Shown piece by piece: positions 1-11,718 of a stretch of DNA of 64,000 nt. Within the stretch, counting starts at the first letter, position 1. Each line of letters begins with the position of its first letter. The stretch is from Eledone cirrhosa (taxonomy: Eukaryota), in contig OZ024766.1 in assembly GCA_964016885.1 (NCBI GenBank), positions 21,700,001 through 21,764,000 of the forward strand, written 5' to 3'. Made by a program: the position numbers and the translations under genes. The notes under the pieces are model-generated. The model was given only the letters and a program-made list of their open reading frames with translations, was not told where the DNA came from and ran no database searches.

Positions 1-9
1 GCTGAGAGA

Positions 10-1455
10 ATGTCCGATATTTTGGTGGACAGAGGAGGAAATAGCAGCTTGACCAATAAGAAATCTCACATCCTGGTGGACAGAGCAAATGGTCACTTGA
101 CCGATACAAAATGCCACCTCGTGGTGGACCGAGAGGATGATACTGACCCCTTCGAAACCTATGGAAAATCCGAGGCTTTTGTTGGCCAAGGAGATGGTCA
201 ACTAACTAAAGAAAATTCCCAGATTTTCACTGACCAAGGGTCAGCTGAATCCAGTGTGGCCGCCTGTTTAGATTACAGTCTTTTTTACCACACTGACCAA
301 TACAGACCAGAGATTTCTGAAAAAGGGTCACAACAACAGTTGTCTTTCATGACTGCGAAGGGTATGAAATTCTCCGGACTCAACGAAGGTGTTGACCAGA
401 GGGCGCTGTACCAGCAGGAGAGCAAGGCCCTGCAGGATGACCTCAGTCGGTCACTTCAACGACTCTCCCCTTTGTCTTTCCCCTCCCATCCTCACCTCGA
501 GCAGCACAATAACAACAACAACAACGACAATATGGGATTTTTTCGTGAGAAACCCTTCATTAAAGTCGAACCGGATCTCGGTGTGACCGACTGCTCAGTC
601 GTGTTGGCAGCCAATGTGAAAATCAAGACGGAGGACTTTTCCAGTTTTCCTTCTGAGGATGCTGTTGATTCTGCAGCTGCCCTTGCTAACGCCGACAACC
701 TCTCTTCACTATCATTGCTGACAGCCAGTCAACTCGTTGGCCTCAACAACTTACTCCAAGGAACCCTGACCCTTAAAAACGGGGACCTGACCTTTGACAA
801 CATCAAACATGACATTACTCGTTTCCCCGGCAATGCATACCCCGATCGGGTCATCAACAACGATGATGATGATGATTTCAACGCTCATCGAAAAATGATT
901 TTTTCTGGAACTCCCTCCACGGGCCAGCGTGAAGCGACGTCTTCACTCGTTCCGCCATTCCCCACCACCTTGTCGTATTCTTCCCTTGTCCCCGCCGCAG
1001 GGGATCAAACAGCCAGCTACCACAGCACCCACTCGAATGCTCCATCTTCAACAGCCACTGTTGCGGATGGCAGTCGAACAGCCAGCTACCACAGCACCCA
1101 CTCGAATGCTCCATCCTCAACAGCCACCGTTGCGGATGGCAGTCGAGCGTTTGAGTTGAACGACCTTCTCGACCGCAATGCCGGCCTTTTCCTCTCCTCC
1201 CCACCGTACGCAGACGAGGGTCAGGCTGCAGCAGATGCTGTCGCCGACGCTATTGCACTCGCTTCTGCAGCGGGACGCGACTGCACACTTCCGTCGACCG
1301 AGCTTGAGAGCTGCAACGTCGACGGCGCAACTATGCATCTGTGGCTGCAACACCAACAACAACAACAACACCAACAACTAAACCAACAACAACAACAACA
1401 ACTACTACTACAACAACAACAACTAAATCAACAACAGCTGCTGCAATTACTACTA

Positions 1456-1495
<40 letters not shown>

Positions 1496-3261
1496 TGCAA
1501 CAAGATGAAAACGTGTCCGAAGCAGGGAACAGCATGATAGCCTCAGCATCACCGTTGTTGCCGATGGCAACGAGCTTGATACCGATCTTGAAGAGAAAAC
1601 TGCAGCTTCACCAACGTGTGGGAGGTGGTGGTGTTAGTGGTGCGGGTGGTGGTGGTGGTGGTAGTGTTAGTGGTATGGGTGGTGTTGGAGGTAGTGGTGG
1701 TGGTGGTGGTGTTAGTGGTATGGGTGCTGGTGTAGGTGGTATTAATAGCAGTGTCGGTGGTAGTATGGGTAGTGGTATGGGTGGAGGTAGTGTTACTGGT
1801 ATAGGTGGTGGCAGTGGCAGTGGTATGGGTGGTGGTAGTGTTAGTGGTATTAGCAGTATGGGTGGTGGTAGTGGTTTAGCTAGTAGTATTGGTAGTGGTT
1901 TAGGTGGTGGTATTAGCAGTATAGGTGGCGTTAGTGGTATTAACAGTATGGGAGGTGGTAGTGTTAGTGGTATTAGTGGTATGGGTGGTGGTAGTGTTAG
2001 TGGTATTAGCAGTATGGGTGGTGGTAGTGGTTTAGCTAGTAGTATTGGTAGTGGTTTAGGTGGTGGTATTAGCAGTATAGGTGGCGTTAGTGGTATTAAC
2101 AGTATGGGAGGTGGTAGTGGTAGTGGTATGGGTGGTGGTAGTGTTAGTGGTATTAGTAGTATGGGCGGTGGTAGTGTTAGTGGTATTAATAGTATGGGCG
2201 GTGGTAGTGTTAGTGGTAGTGGTATGGGTGGTGGTAGTGTTAGTGGTATTAATAGTATGGGTGGTGGTAGTGTTAGTGGTATGGTCGGTGGTATGGGTTG
2301 TGGTAGTGTTAGTGGTATGGGAGGTGGTAGTGGTATTAATAGTATGGCTGGTGGTAGTGTTAGTGGTATTAGTAGTATGGGTGGTGGTAGTGTTAGTGGT
2401 ATGGTCGGTGGTATGGGTGGTGGTAGTGTTAGTGGTATTAGTAGTATGGGTGGTGGTAGTGTTAGTGGTATGGGCGGTGGTAGTGTTAGTGGTATGGGCG
2501 GGAGCATCGGTCCCCCGGCTGCCGCGAAGCAATACACCTGCCCTCAGTCGGAATGCCGAAAGACCTTCACGCGCCCGAGCCACCTCAAGCGCCACCTGAA
2601 GGTCCACGCCGGCCTGAAGCCCTTCCCCTGCCCCCTGTGCCACAAGTGGTTCTCTCGGTCTGACAACCTTACCAAGCACATCCGGACCCACACGGGGGAG
2701 AAGCTATTCCGCTGCCCCTTCTGCGACAAGCGCTTCTCCGACTCCAGCAACCTCACGAAGCACGTGCGCACGCACACCGGCGAGCGGCCCTACCAGTGCT
2801 GCCACTGCGCGGACACTTTCACCGAGTCGAGGACCCTCAGTCGACACATGAGGACCCACTGCCCGTCCTCCTTCTCCGCCCCGAAGGCGGTGTTGCGGAG
2901 GATGACGGACGTGGGCGCGGCTGTAGCTGGGGCGAGGGGGCTGGAATCAGGCGCGGGGGTGGGACCAGGATCATATGTTGAAGAAATGGATATTGAAAGG
3001 GGCGTGGTTTTATCAGAAAGGGGCATGGACAAATCGGAAAGAGGCGTGGCCATATCTGAAAGAGGTGCGGTCATGTCTGAAAGAGGTGTGGTCATGTCCG
3101 AAAGGGGCGTGGTCACATCGGAAAGAGGCGTGGCTATGCTGGAAAGCGGCAGCGTCCAGCTGGATATGGGCGCGGCCAAATTAGATATGGGTGTGGTCGG
3201 ACCAGATGAGGCGCTGCCTGGACTGGATGGGGGGCGGCGTGGCCAGGTGGAAGGGGAATGA
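10..3261 (+). CDS. C2H2 zinc-finger transcription factor, 1083 aa ORF; 4 tandem fingers (~2533-2862), polyQ, Gly/Ser/Met-rich low-complexity region, C-terminal SERGV repeats
   Basis: Uninterrupted ORF. Fingers YTCPQSECRKTFTRPSHLKRHLKVH, FPCPLCHKWFSRSDNLTKHIRTH, FRCPFCDKRFSDSSNLTKHVRTH, YQCCHCADTFTESRTLSRHMRTH with canonical TGEKL/TGERP linkers. The frame is open to the window edge, so the true start could lie upstream. Confidence 0.9.
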
Positions 3262-3809
3262 CGTTGCCGCGGAGACGGACTTCGACATCGTTGTCGGAGG
3301 TGACTGAACCTGGAACACGGTGCGCGCGGGTGGTGTGTGTGTGTGGGGAGTGAAGCAGGGCGGTTAACGTTTGGAGGAGGAGGAGGGGGTCGTCACATGA
3401 CCGCTCCCACCACCACCACCGCCGCCCCCCCCCCTCCCCCCCCCCGCCACCAGCATCGATCATTACACGAGCCGTCTTATATTATATATGCGGGCAGCGG
3501 CACATCAAATGATGTAGTCCTAGATATGCTATGCCCTCGCTCCCTGTCTGTCAACAAAAAAAAGCAACAGATGTGTTGGTCACAGCTGGAAAGCCTTCGA
3601 TCGTAGGTCTGCTGGATCACAGACCACCTCGGGCTAAACAGCAGCAGCAGCAGCAACAACAACAACAGCAGCGCCAGCGCCCTCTATATGGCCACTGAAA
3701 GACAGGATGGTCTCAAGATTGCGCTATCTTTGATCATAGACTTCCACGTGCAGGGCTGACCTGGGGTTAAACGGGCAGCAACGCTGGTCAGTCCCGAGAC
3801 CCGACATTC

Positions 3810-4435
3810 ACCTGGGCTGACACTGTCAACCAAGGTTAACGAGTTCTGCCTACCTGGTTTGGATGAAGTCGTTGACCCCCTTTGAAATCTTTTCACCAAG
3901 GACAGCCCCCAGGTGTCGTCTAAATTCCCTCTGGTTTTTAAACCACAGAGAGGTCTTTCACCTGGACTGACTGTCAACCAAGGTTAACGAGTTCTGCCTA
4001 CCTGGTTTGGATGAAGTCGTTGACCCCCTTTGAAATCTTTTCACCAAGGACAGCCCCCAGGTGTCTAAATTCCCTCTGGTTTTTAAACCACAGAGAGGTC
4101 TTTCACCTGGACTGACTGTCAACCAAGGTTAACGAGTTCTGCCTACCTGGTTTGGATGAAGTCGTTGACCCCCTTTGAAATCTTTTCACCAAGGACAGCC
4201 CCCAGGTGTCGTCTAAATTCCCTCTGGTTTTTAAACCACAGAGAGGTCTTTCACCTGGACTGACTGTCAACCAAAGTTAACGAGTTCTGCCTACCTGGTT
4301 TGGATGAAGTCGTTGACCCCCTTTGAAATCTTTTCACCAAGGACAGCCCCCAGGTGTCGTCTAAATTCCCTCTGGTTTTTAAACCACAGAGAGGTCTTTC
4401 ACCTGGGCTGACTGTCAACCAAGGTTAACGAGTTC
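3810..4435. repeat. Tandem repeat, ~148-bp unit x ~4.2, probably in the ZF gene 3' UTR
   Basis: aacca(a/g)gttaacgag recurs at ~3828, 3976, 4121, 4269 and 4417; degenerate copies follow to ~4620. Confidence 0.9.
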
Positions 4436-4649
4436 GCTAACGAGTTGTGCTTCCTACCTGTATTGGACGAAGAAGTTGACTGTCTTGAAAGGGTGTCACT
4501 ACTTTAGTTTTGAAATCCCACAGAGATTTTTCTACCAGACATTCTAACGAGCTCGCTAACGAGATCTGTTTACCTGTATATGATGGAATCGTTAACTCTC
4601 CTGAAGAGTTGTCATCGTAGTAACTAAGGTGTTCAATCTACCTTCATAA

Positions 4650-7478
4650 GAAGGACACCATAATACTTCTATGTGGTCACTCGATTTGCTAGAAATAGCA
4701 GCCAAACCTCATAGGAAGGGCACAGTAAATGATGTCCTTTATACAGTTAATACCTCTAGCTGGTCACTCGATTTGCTAGAAATAGCAGCCAAATTTCATG
4801 GGAAGGACACCATAATACTTCTATGTGGTCACTCGATTTGCTAGAAATAGCAGCCAAATTTCATGGGAAGGACACCATAATACTTCTATGTGGTCACTCG
4901 ATTTGCTAGAAATAGCAGCCAAATTTCATGGGAAGGGCACAGTAAATGATGTCCTTTATACAGTTAATACCTCTAGCTGGTCACTCGATATGCTAGAAAT
5001 AGCAGCCAAACCTCATAGGAAGGACGCAGTAAATGATGTCCTTTATACAGTTAATACCTCTAGCTGGTCACTCGATATGCTAGAAATAGCAGCCAAATTT
5101 CATGGGAGGGGCACCATAATACTTCTATGTGGTCACTGATTGCTAGAAATAGCAGCCAAATCTCCCTCAAATCTTTAAAAAAATGAACAGACTTTGAGAA
5201 AATGTATTCCTAGATACACTGTGCCAAATCTCCCTCAAATCCTTTAAAAAAATGATCACATTGAACAGTGTATTCCTAGGTACACTGGCTTATTTTAAAA
5301 AAAATACTGGATGGTTACTGCTTGAACTGTTAAAAATAGCAGCCAAATCTCCCTCAAATCTTTTAAAAAAATGAACGCTTTGAATAATGTACTCCTAGGT
5401 ACATTGTGGCATAATTAAAAAAATACTGGATGGTTACTGCTTGAACTGTTAAAAATAGCAGCCAAATCTTCCTTAAATCTTTTTAAAAAATGAACACTTT
5501 GAACAATGTACTCCTAGGTACATTGTGGTATAATTAAAAAAAATACTGGATGGTTACTGCTTGAACTGTTAAAAATAGCAGCCAAATCTCCCTCAAATCT
5601 TAAAAAAAATGAACACTTTGAACAATGTACTTCTAGGTACATTGTGGCATAATTAAAAAAAATACTGGATGGTTACTGCTTGAACTGTTAAAAATAGCAG
5701 CCAAATCTCCCTTAAATTTTTAAAAAAGGAACACATTAAGACAATATATTCCTAGATACACTGTGACTGATTTTCAAAACAATACTGTTAAAAATAGCAG
5801 CCAAATCTCCCTCAAATCTTAAAAAAAATGAACACTTTGAACAATGTACTTCTAGGTACATTGTGGCATAATTAAAAAAAATACTGGATGGTTACTGCTT
5901 GAACTGTTAAAAATAGCAGCCAAATCTCCCTTAAATTTTTAAAAAAGGAACACATTAAGACAATATATTCCTAGATACACTGTGACTGATTTTCAAAACA
6001 ATACTGTTAAAAATAGCAGCCAAATCTCCCTCAAATCTTTAAAAAAATGAACACTTTGAACAATGTACTTCTAGGTACATTGTGGCATAATTAAAAAAAA
6101 TACTGGATGGTTACTGCTTGAACTGTTAAAAATAGCAGCCAAATCTCCCTTAAATTTTTAAAAAAGGAACACATTAAGACAATATATTCCTAGATACACT
6201 GTGACTGATTTTCAAAACAATACTGTTAAAAATAGCAGCCAAATCTCCCTCAAATCTTAAAAAAAATGAACACTTTGAACAATGTACTTCTAGGTACATT
6301 GTGGCATAATTAAAAAAAATACTGGATGGTTACTGCTTGAACTGTTAAAAATAGCAGCCAAATCTCCCTCAAATCTTTTTAAAAAATGAACACTTTGAAC
6401 AATGTATTCCTAGGTACATTGTGGCATAATTAAAAAAAATACTGGATGGTTACTGCTTGAACTGTTAAAAATAGCAGCCAAATCTCCCTCAAATCTTTAA
6501 AAAATGAACACATTGAGAAAATGTACTCCTAGGTAGACTGTGGCTGATTTTAAAAAAACTTCTGTTAAAAATAGCAGCCAAATCTCCCTCAAATCCTCAA
6601 AAAATTCGACATTGATCTATGTAGCCTTAGGTACACTGTGGCTGATTTAAGAAAAAATACTGTTAAAAATAGCAGCCAAATCTCCCTCAAATCCTCAAAA
6701 AATTCGACATTGATCTATGTACCCTTAGGTACACTGTGGCTGATTTAAGAAAAAATACTGTTAAAAATAGCAGCCAAATCTCCCTCAAATCCTCAAAAAA
6801 TTCGACATTGATCTATGTACCCTTAGGTACACTGTGGCTGATTTAAGAAAAAATACTGTTAAAAATAGCAGCCAAATCTCCCTCAAATCCTCAAAAAATT
6901 CGACATTGATCTATGTAGCCTTAGGTAGACTGTGGCTGATTTAAGAAAAAATACTGTTAAAAATAGCAGCCAAATCTCCCTCAAATCCTAAAAAAATTCG
7001 ACATTGATCTATGTACCCTTAGGTACACTGTGGCTGATTTAAGAAAAAATACTGTTAAAAATAGCAGCCAAATCTCCCTCAAATCCTCAAAAAATTCGAC
7101 ATTGATCTATGTACCCTTAGGTACACTGTGGCTGATTTAAGAAAAAATACTGTTAAAAATAGCAGCCAAATCTCCCTCAAATCCTCAAAAAATTCGACAT
7201 TGATCTATGTACCCTTAGGTACACTGTGGCTGATTTAAGAAAAAATACTGTTAAAAATAGCAGCCAAATCTCCCTCAAATCCTCAAAAAATTCGACATTG
7301 ATCTATGTACCCTTAGGTACACTGTGGCTGATTTAAGAAAAAATACTGTTAAAAATAGCAGCCAAATCTCCCTCAAATCCTAAAAACATTCAACATTGAT
7401 CTATGTACCCTTAGGTACACTGTGGCTGATCTAAGAAAAAATACTGTTAAAAATAGCAGCCAAATCTCCCTCAAATCA
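4650..7478. repeat. Composite satellite anchored on aaatagcagccaaa(tctccctcaaat): variable ~57-98-bp units, then a ~219-bp dimeric higher-order unit, then a 98-bp homogeneous array
   Basis: The anchor motif recurs throughout; period ~219 at ~5592/5811/6030/6249 and period 98 from ~6560 to 7470. Confidence 0.85.
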
Positions 7479-7659
7479 CCTCACACAGCTCAGCCGAGCA
7501 ACCACACTCCTCATTTTTCTGAAATATATTCTCTCATTTCATCTTAAAAAGTTTTGTGTTATTTATGTCTTAAATAATATTTTATATTCCAGCAAATTAC
7601 TGTATGTGCGCGTGTGCGTGAATGTATATATATATATATATATGTCTTTTTCTCTCTCT

Positions 7660-7833
7660 CTCCTTTGGGAGCCCCTACATGGACACACTAGAAGAGGGAG
7701 ACCAAGGTTAACGTATGTTGATGCCCTAAGGACAGACACTGGTCTATTGGAGACGCAGGACATGGCAGCGATAATGAGGGACAGAGACCGCTGGAGAGAA
7801 CTCGTCCATGGATCTCGGGAATTTTACCTGCCT
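7660..7833 (+). mobile_element. RTE-like LINE ORF2 3' fragment
   Basis: Translates LWEPLHGHTRRGRPRLTYVDALRTDTGL...MRDRDRWRELV (RGRP...DR..W C-terminal motif of RTE-clade ORF2); near-identical to the minus-strand copy at 53995-54140. Confidence 0.8.
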
Positions 7834-7981
7834 TAGAATAGAAAAAAAATATATATATATAAAATAAAGTTAAATAAAAAGTCAAATGTTTAAAATTTAG
7901 CTTCGTTTATTACTGCTTTATATATTTCAGTGACAGCCATCTTTGGCTGAATCACTAATTCAAACTGAATCACTAATTCAA

Positions 7982-8036
7982 ACTGCCTGAAGAGGTCACA
8001 GCCAAAGATGGCTGTCACTGAAATATATATAGCAGT
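7982..8036 (+). ncRNA. Minimal type I hammerhead ribozyme (Penelope-like), predicted cleavage after 8031
   Basis: ACTGC-CTGAAGA-[ggtcacagcca aaga tggctgtcact]-GAAA-TATATA-TA^-GCAGT. Stem I ACTGC/GCAGT is perfect, stem II has 10 of 11 pairs, helix III is palindromic. Lies in the right arm and spacer of the 7860-8088 inverted repeat. Confidence 0.8.
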
Positions 8037-8234
8037 AATAAACGAAGCTAAATTTTAAACATTTGACTTTTTATTTAACTTTATTTTACACTACTCCGGA
8101 GTAACCAAACCAACCTGCGCACTTCGTCGAGTGCTCCAGCCTGCATACTGAGGTGTTGGTATACAACCAACATATACTCAAAATCTCAATATATATATAT
8201 ATATAGTGATGTAATAAACAACATAAGGCAATTA

Positions 8235-8294
8235 TTCCATTTACCAGAGGTTTCTTAAAAGCAAAAGATTTTGCTTTCAATCCTCAGAATGAAA
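8235..8294 (-). ncRNA. Minimal type I hammerhead ribozyme, antisense twin of 8373-8432
   Basis: Reverse complement of the + strand ribozyme within the 8203-8464 palindrome (tcctcag at 8281-8287 reads CTGAGGA on minus). Confidence 0.75.
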
Positions 8295-8372
8295 AAAATC
8301 CTGGTTTGTTTATTGAATTTGGATTTTAAAAAACCTTTTTAAAATCCAAATTCAATAAACAAACCAGGATTT

Positions 8373-8432
8373 TTTCATTCTGAGGATTGAAAGCAAAATC
8401 TTTTGCTTTTAAGAAACCTCTGGTAAATGGAA
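8373..8432 (+). ncRNA. Minimal type I hammerhead ribozyme, predicted cleavage after 8425
   Basis: TTTCATT-CTGAGGA-[ttgaaagcaaa atct tttgcttttaa]-GAAA-CC TCT GG-TA^-AATGGAA; all three helices can form; GUA cleavage triplet. Confidence 0.8.
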
Positions 8433-8536
8433 TAATTGCCTTATGTTGTTTATTACATCACTATTAAGCTCTGTTACCTACAGAGAGTACAGAGAGTGTG
8501 TACCTGGACTTTTCCGACGAAATTACTTCATTCATA

Positions 8537-8704
8537 CAAGGCCAGCAATTACCCAGTGCATTACTGGTACTTTATTGTATCGACCCCGTAAGGATGAAAG
8601 GCAAAGTCAACCTCGGCGGGATTTGAACTTAGATCGTAAAGGGACGTAACTATGCTGGAAAGCATGGCGTCCGACCCTCTACCGATACTGCCAATACACC
8701 ACCC
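8537..8704 (-). mobile_element. tRNA-derived SINE (octopus-type family)
   Basis: Minus strand has A-box-like tggcagtatcgg and B-box gttcaaatcccg, followed by ...gcctttcatccttacggggtcgat...gtaccagt; same family as 20150-20324. Confidence 0.75.
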
Positions 8705-8799
8705 TTGATGATAATGATAATAATAATGAAGAAAATGAAAATAAAAAGGGGAAAAAAAATTAATTTTCACATACAGATTCATTCAGAGAAGAGATTTCA

Positions 8800-8920
8800 T
8801 TTTCCAGAAAAACCTGGGATGATTTGATAAATTCCGACCTTACACACTTACACCTCTCCAAGACAATGTCACTGGACCGAGATCTTTGGTGCTATGCAGT
8901 AATACAGAAGACCCGCCTTC
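8800..8920 (+). mobile_element. RTE LINE 3' end fragment
   Basis: RKTWDDLINSDLTHLHLSKTMSLDRDLWCYAVIQKTR; second copy at ~59030-59150. Confidence 0.7.
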
Positions 8921-8950
8921 CCTATGTACAAAGCGAAATCTACAGTCAGA

Positions 8951-10131
8951 GGGTATTTAGCACCCTAGACTAGCTCTACAATGTGTACCTGGGTATATAA
9001 CACCCTAGACTAGCTCTACAATGTGTACCTGGGTATATAACACCCTAGGCTAGCTCTACGATGTGTACCTCGGTATATAACACCCTAGACTAGCTCTACA
9101 ATGTGTACCTGGGTATATAACACCCTAGGCTAGCTCTACAGTGTGTACCTGGGTATATAACACCCTAGGCTAGCTCTACAATGTGTACCTGGGTATTTAG
9201 CACCCTAGGCTAGCTCTACAGTGTGTACCTGGGTATATAACACCCTAGGCTAGCTCTACAGTGTGTACCTGGGTATATAACACCCTAGACTAGCTCTACA
9301 GTGTGTACCTGGGTATATAACACCCTAGACTAGCTCTACAGTGTGTACCTGGGTATATAACACCCTAGACTAGCTCTACAGTGTGTACCTGGGTATATAA
9401 CACCCTAGACTAGCTCTACAATGTGTACCTGGGTATATAACACCCTAGGCTAGCTCTACAATGTGTACCTCGGTATATAACACCCTAGGCTAGCTCTACA
9501 GTGTGTACCTGGGTATATAACACCCTAGGCTAGCTCTACAATGTGTACCTGGGTATTTAGCACCCTAGGCTAGCTCTACAATGTGTACCTGGGTATATAA
9601 CACCCTAGGCTAGCTCTACAATGTGTACCTGGGTATATAACACCCTAGGCTAGCTCTACAGTGTGTACCTGGGTATTTAACACCCTAGACTAGCTCTACA
9701 ATGTGTACCTGGGTATTTAACACCCTAGACTAGCTCTACAATGTGTACCTGGGTATTTAACACCCTAGGCTAGCTCTACAATGTGTACCTGGGTATTTAG
9801 CACCCTAGGCTAGCTCTACAGTGTGTACCTGGGTATTTAACACCCTAGGCTAGCTCTACAATGTGTACCTGGGTATATAACACCCTAGGCTAGCTCTACA
9901 GTGTGTACCTGGGTATTTAACACCCTAGACTAGCTCTACAATGTGTACCTGGGTATTTAACACCCTAGACTAGCTCTACAATGTGTACCTGGGTATTTAA
10001 CACCCTAGGCTAGCTCTACAATGTGTACCTGGGTATTTAGCACCCTAGGCTAGCTCTACAGTGTGTACCTGGGTATTTAGCACCCTAGGCTAGCTCTACA
10101 GTGTGTACCTGGGTATTTAACACCCTAGGCT
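8951..10131. repeat. 40-bp minisatellite, ~29.5 copies (caccctag[ga]ctagctctaca[ag]tgtgtacctgggtat[at]ta[ag])
   Basis: Exact 40-nt period visible across 1.2 kb. Confidence 0.97.
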
Positions 10132-10394
10132 AACGTTGGTGGTGTGTGTGTGTGTGAGAATGTGTATCTGTGTATGTTGTCAAATATATATGTATGTGTG
10201 TGTGTGTGTGTGTGAGAATGTGTATCTGTGTATGTTGTCAAATATATATGTATGTGTGTGTGTGTGGTGTATGCTGGGTGTATGTGTGTGTGTGTGTGTG
10301 TATGTGTGTGTCAGTACATACAGATGCGCTGCTTAACAAGAATGCGGTTGGTGCACGTGTGCAGCTATTGTGAGTTGGTGACACCAATACTGCC

Positions 10395-11586
10395 TCTACT
10401 ACCACCACTACTATAACATACCTCCACCACCACCACTACTACAACATACCTCCACCTTTACACCACCATCACTACAACATACCTCCACCTTTACACCACC
10501 ACCACTACCACCACTACACCACCACCACCACCACTACACCACCACCACCACCACTACCACTACACCACCACCACACCACACCATCACCACCACCACCACT
10601 ACACCACCACAACTACACCACCACGACCACGACCACTACACCACCACCACCACTACACCACCACCACCACCACTACACCACCACTACACCACCACCACAC
10701 CACCACCACCACTACACCACCACCACCACCACCACCACAACTACACCACCACCACACCACACCACCACCACCACCACCAACACTACACCACCGCCACCAC
10801 ACCACCACCACCACCACCACTACACCACCACCACTACACCACCACCACCACCACCACTACCACTACACCACCACCACACCACACCATCACCACCACCACC
10901 ACTACACCACCACAACTACACCACCACGACCACGACCACTACACCACCACCACCACTACACCACCACCACACCACCACCACCACTACACCACCACCACCA
11001 CCACCACCACACCACACCACCACCACCACCACCAACACTACACCACCACACCACCACCACCACCACCACTACACCACCACAACTACACCACCACGACCAC
11101 TACACCACCACCACACCACCACCACCACCACCACCACACCACACCACCACCACCAACACTACACCACCACACCACCACCACCACCACAACTACACCACCA
11201 CACCACCACCAACACTACACCACCACACCACCACCACCACCACCACTACACCACCACCACACCACCACCACCACTACACCACCACCACCACCACCACCAC
11301 ACCACACCACCACCAACACTACACCACCACACCACCACCACAACTACACCACCACACCACCACCAACACTACACCACCACACCACCACCACCACCACCAC
11401 TACCCCACCACCACCACCACCACCACAACTACACCACCACACCACCACAACTACACCACCACCACCACTACACCAGTACCACTACACCACTACACCACCA
11501 CACCACACCACCACCACCACCACCACCACACCACACCACTACACCACCGCCACCACACCACCACCACCACCACCACCATCACCAAC
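10395..11586. repeat. (CAC/CCA/CTACAC)n degenerate trinucleotide array
   Basis: Direct inspection; similar arrays at 13250-13660, 57305-58785 and 63318-63522. Confidence 0.95.
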
Positions 11587-11645
11587 CCAACATAAAAGGA
11601 TTGTCTCAACACTATAACAACACTAACAGACACAACGTGCTCTTG

Positions 11646-11665
11646 TTACGTCACTTCCGTTCCGG
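11646..11665. promoter_or_regulatory. Overlapping ETS-CRE-like motif plus a second ETS site; candidate upstream promoter of PRPSAP
   Basis: ttacgtcacttccgttccgg reads CCGGAA-CGGAAGTGACGTAA on minus, in a short unique island; gtaagt donor at 11671. Confidence 0.45.
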
Positions 11666-11718
11666 TAAATGTAAGTAAAAAGAGAGGAATAGATAGATAT
11701 ATAGATAGATAGATATAT

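Noticed and set aside
1608-2691. Antisense Pro-rich (309 aa) and Thr-rich (211 aa) ORFs
   Set aside because: Shadow frames of the GGT/AGT repeat in the ZF gene
3850-3902. Hammerhead-like look of the 148-bp repeat (GGATGAA...GAAA flanked by cctggt/accaagg)
   Set aside because: The core is TGGATGA rather than CUGANGA, and stems II and III do not form properly
8951-10131. Regular 40-bp array (also the 65-, 72- and 99-bp arrays) as a possible CRISPR
   Set aside because: Head-to-tail repeats with no unique spacers, no cas genes, eukaryotic context
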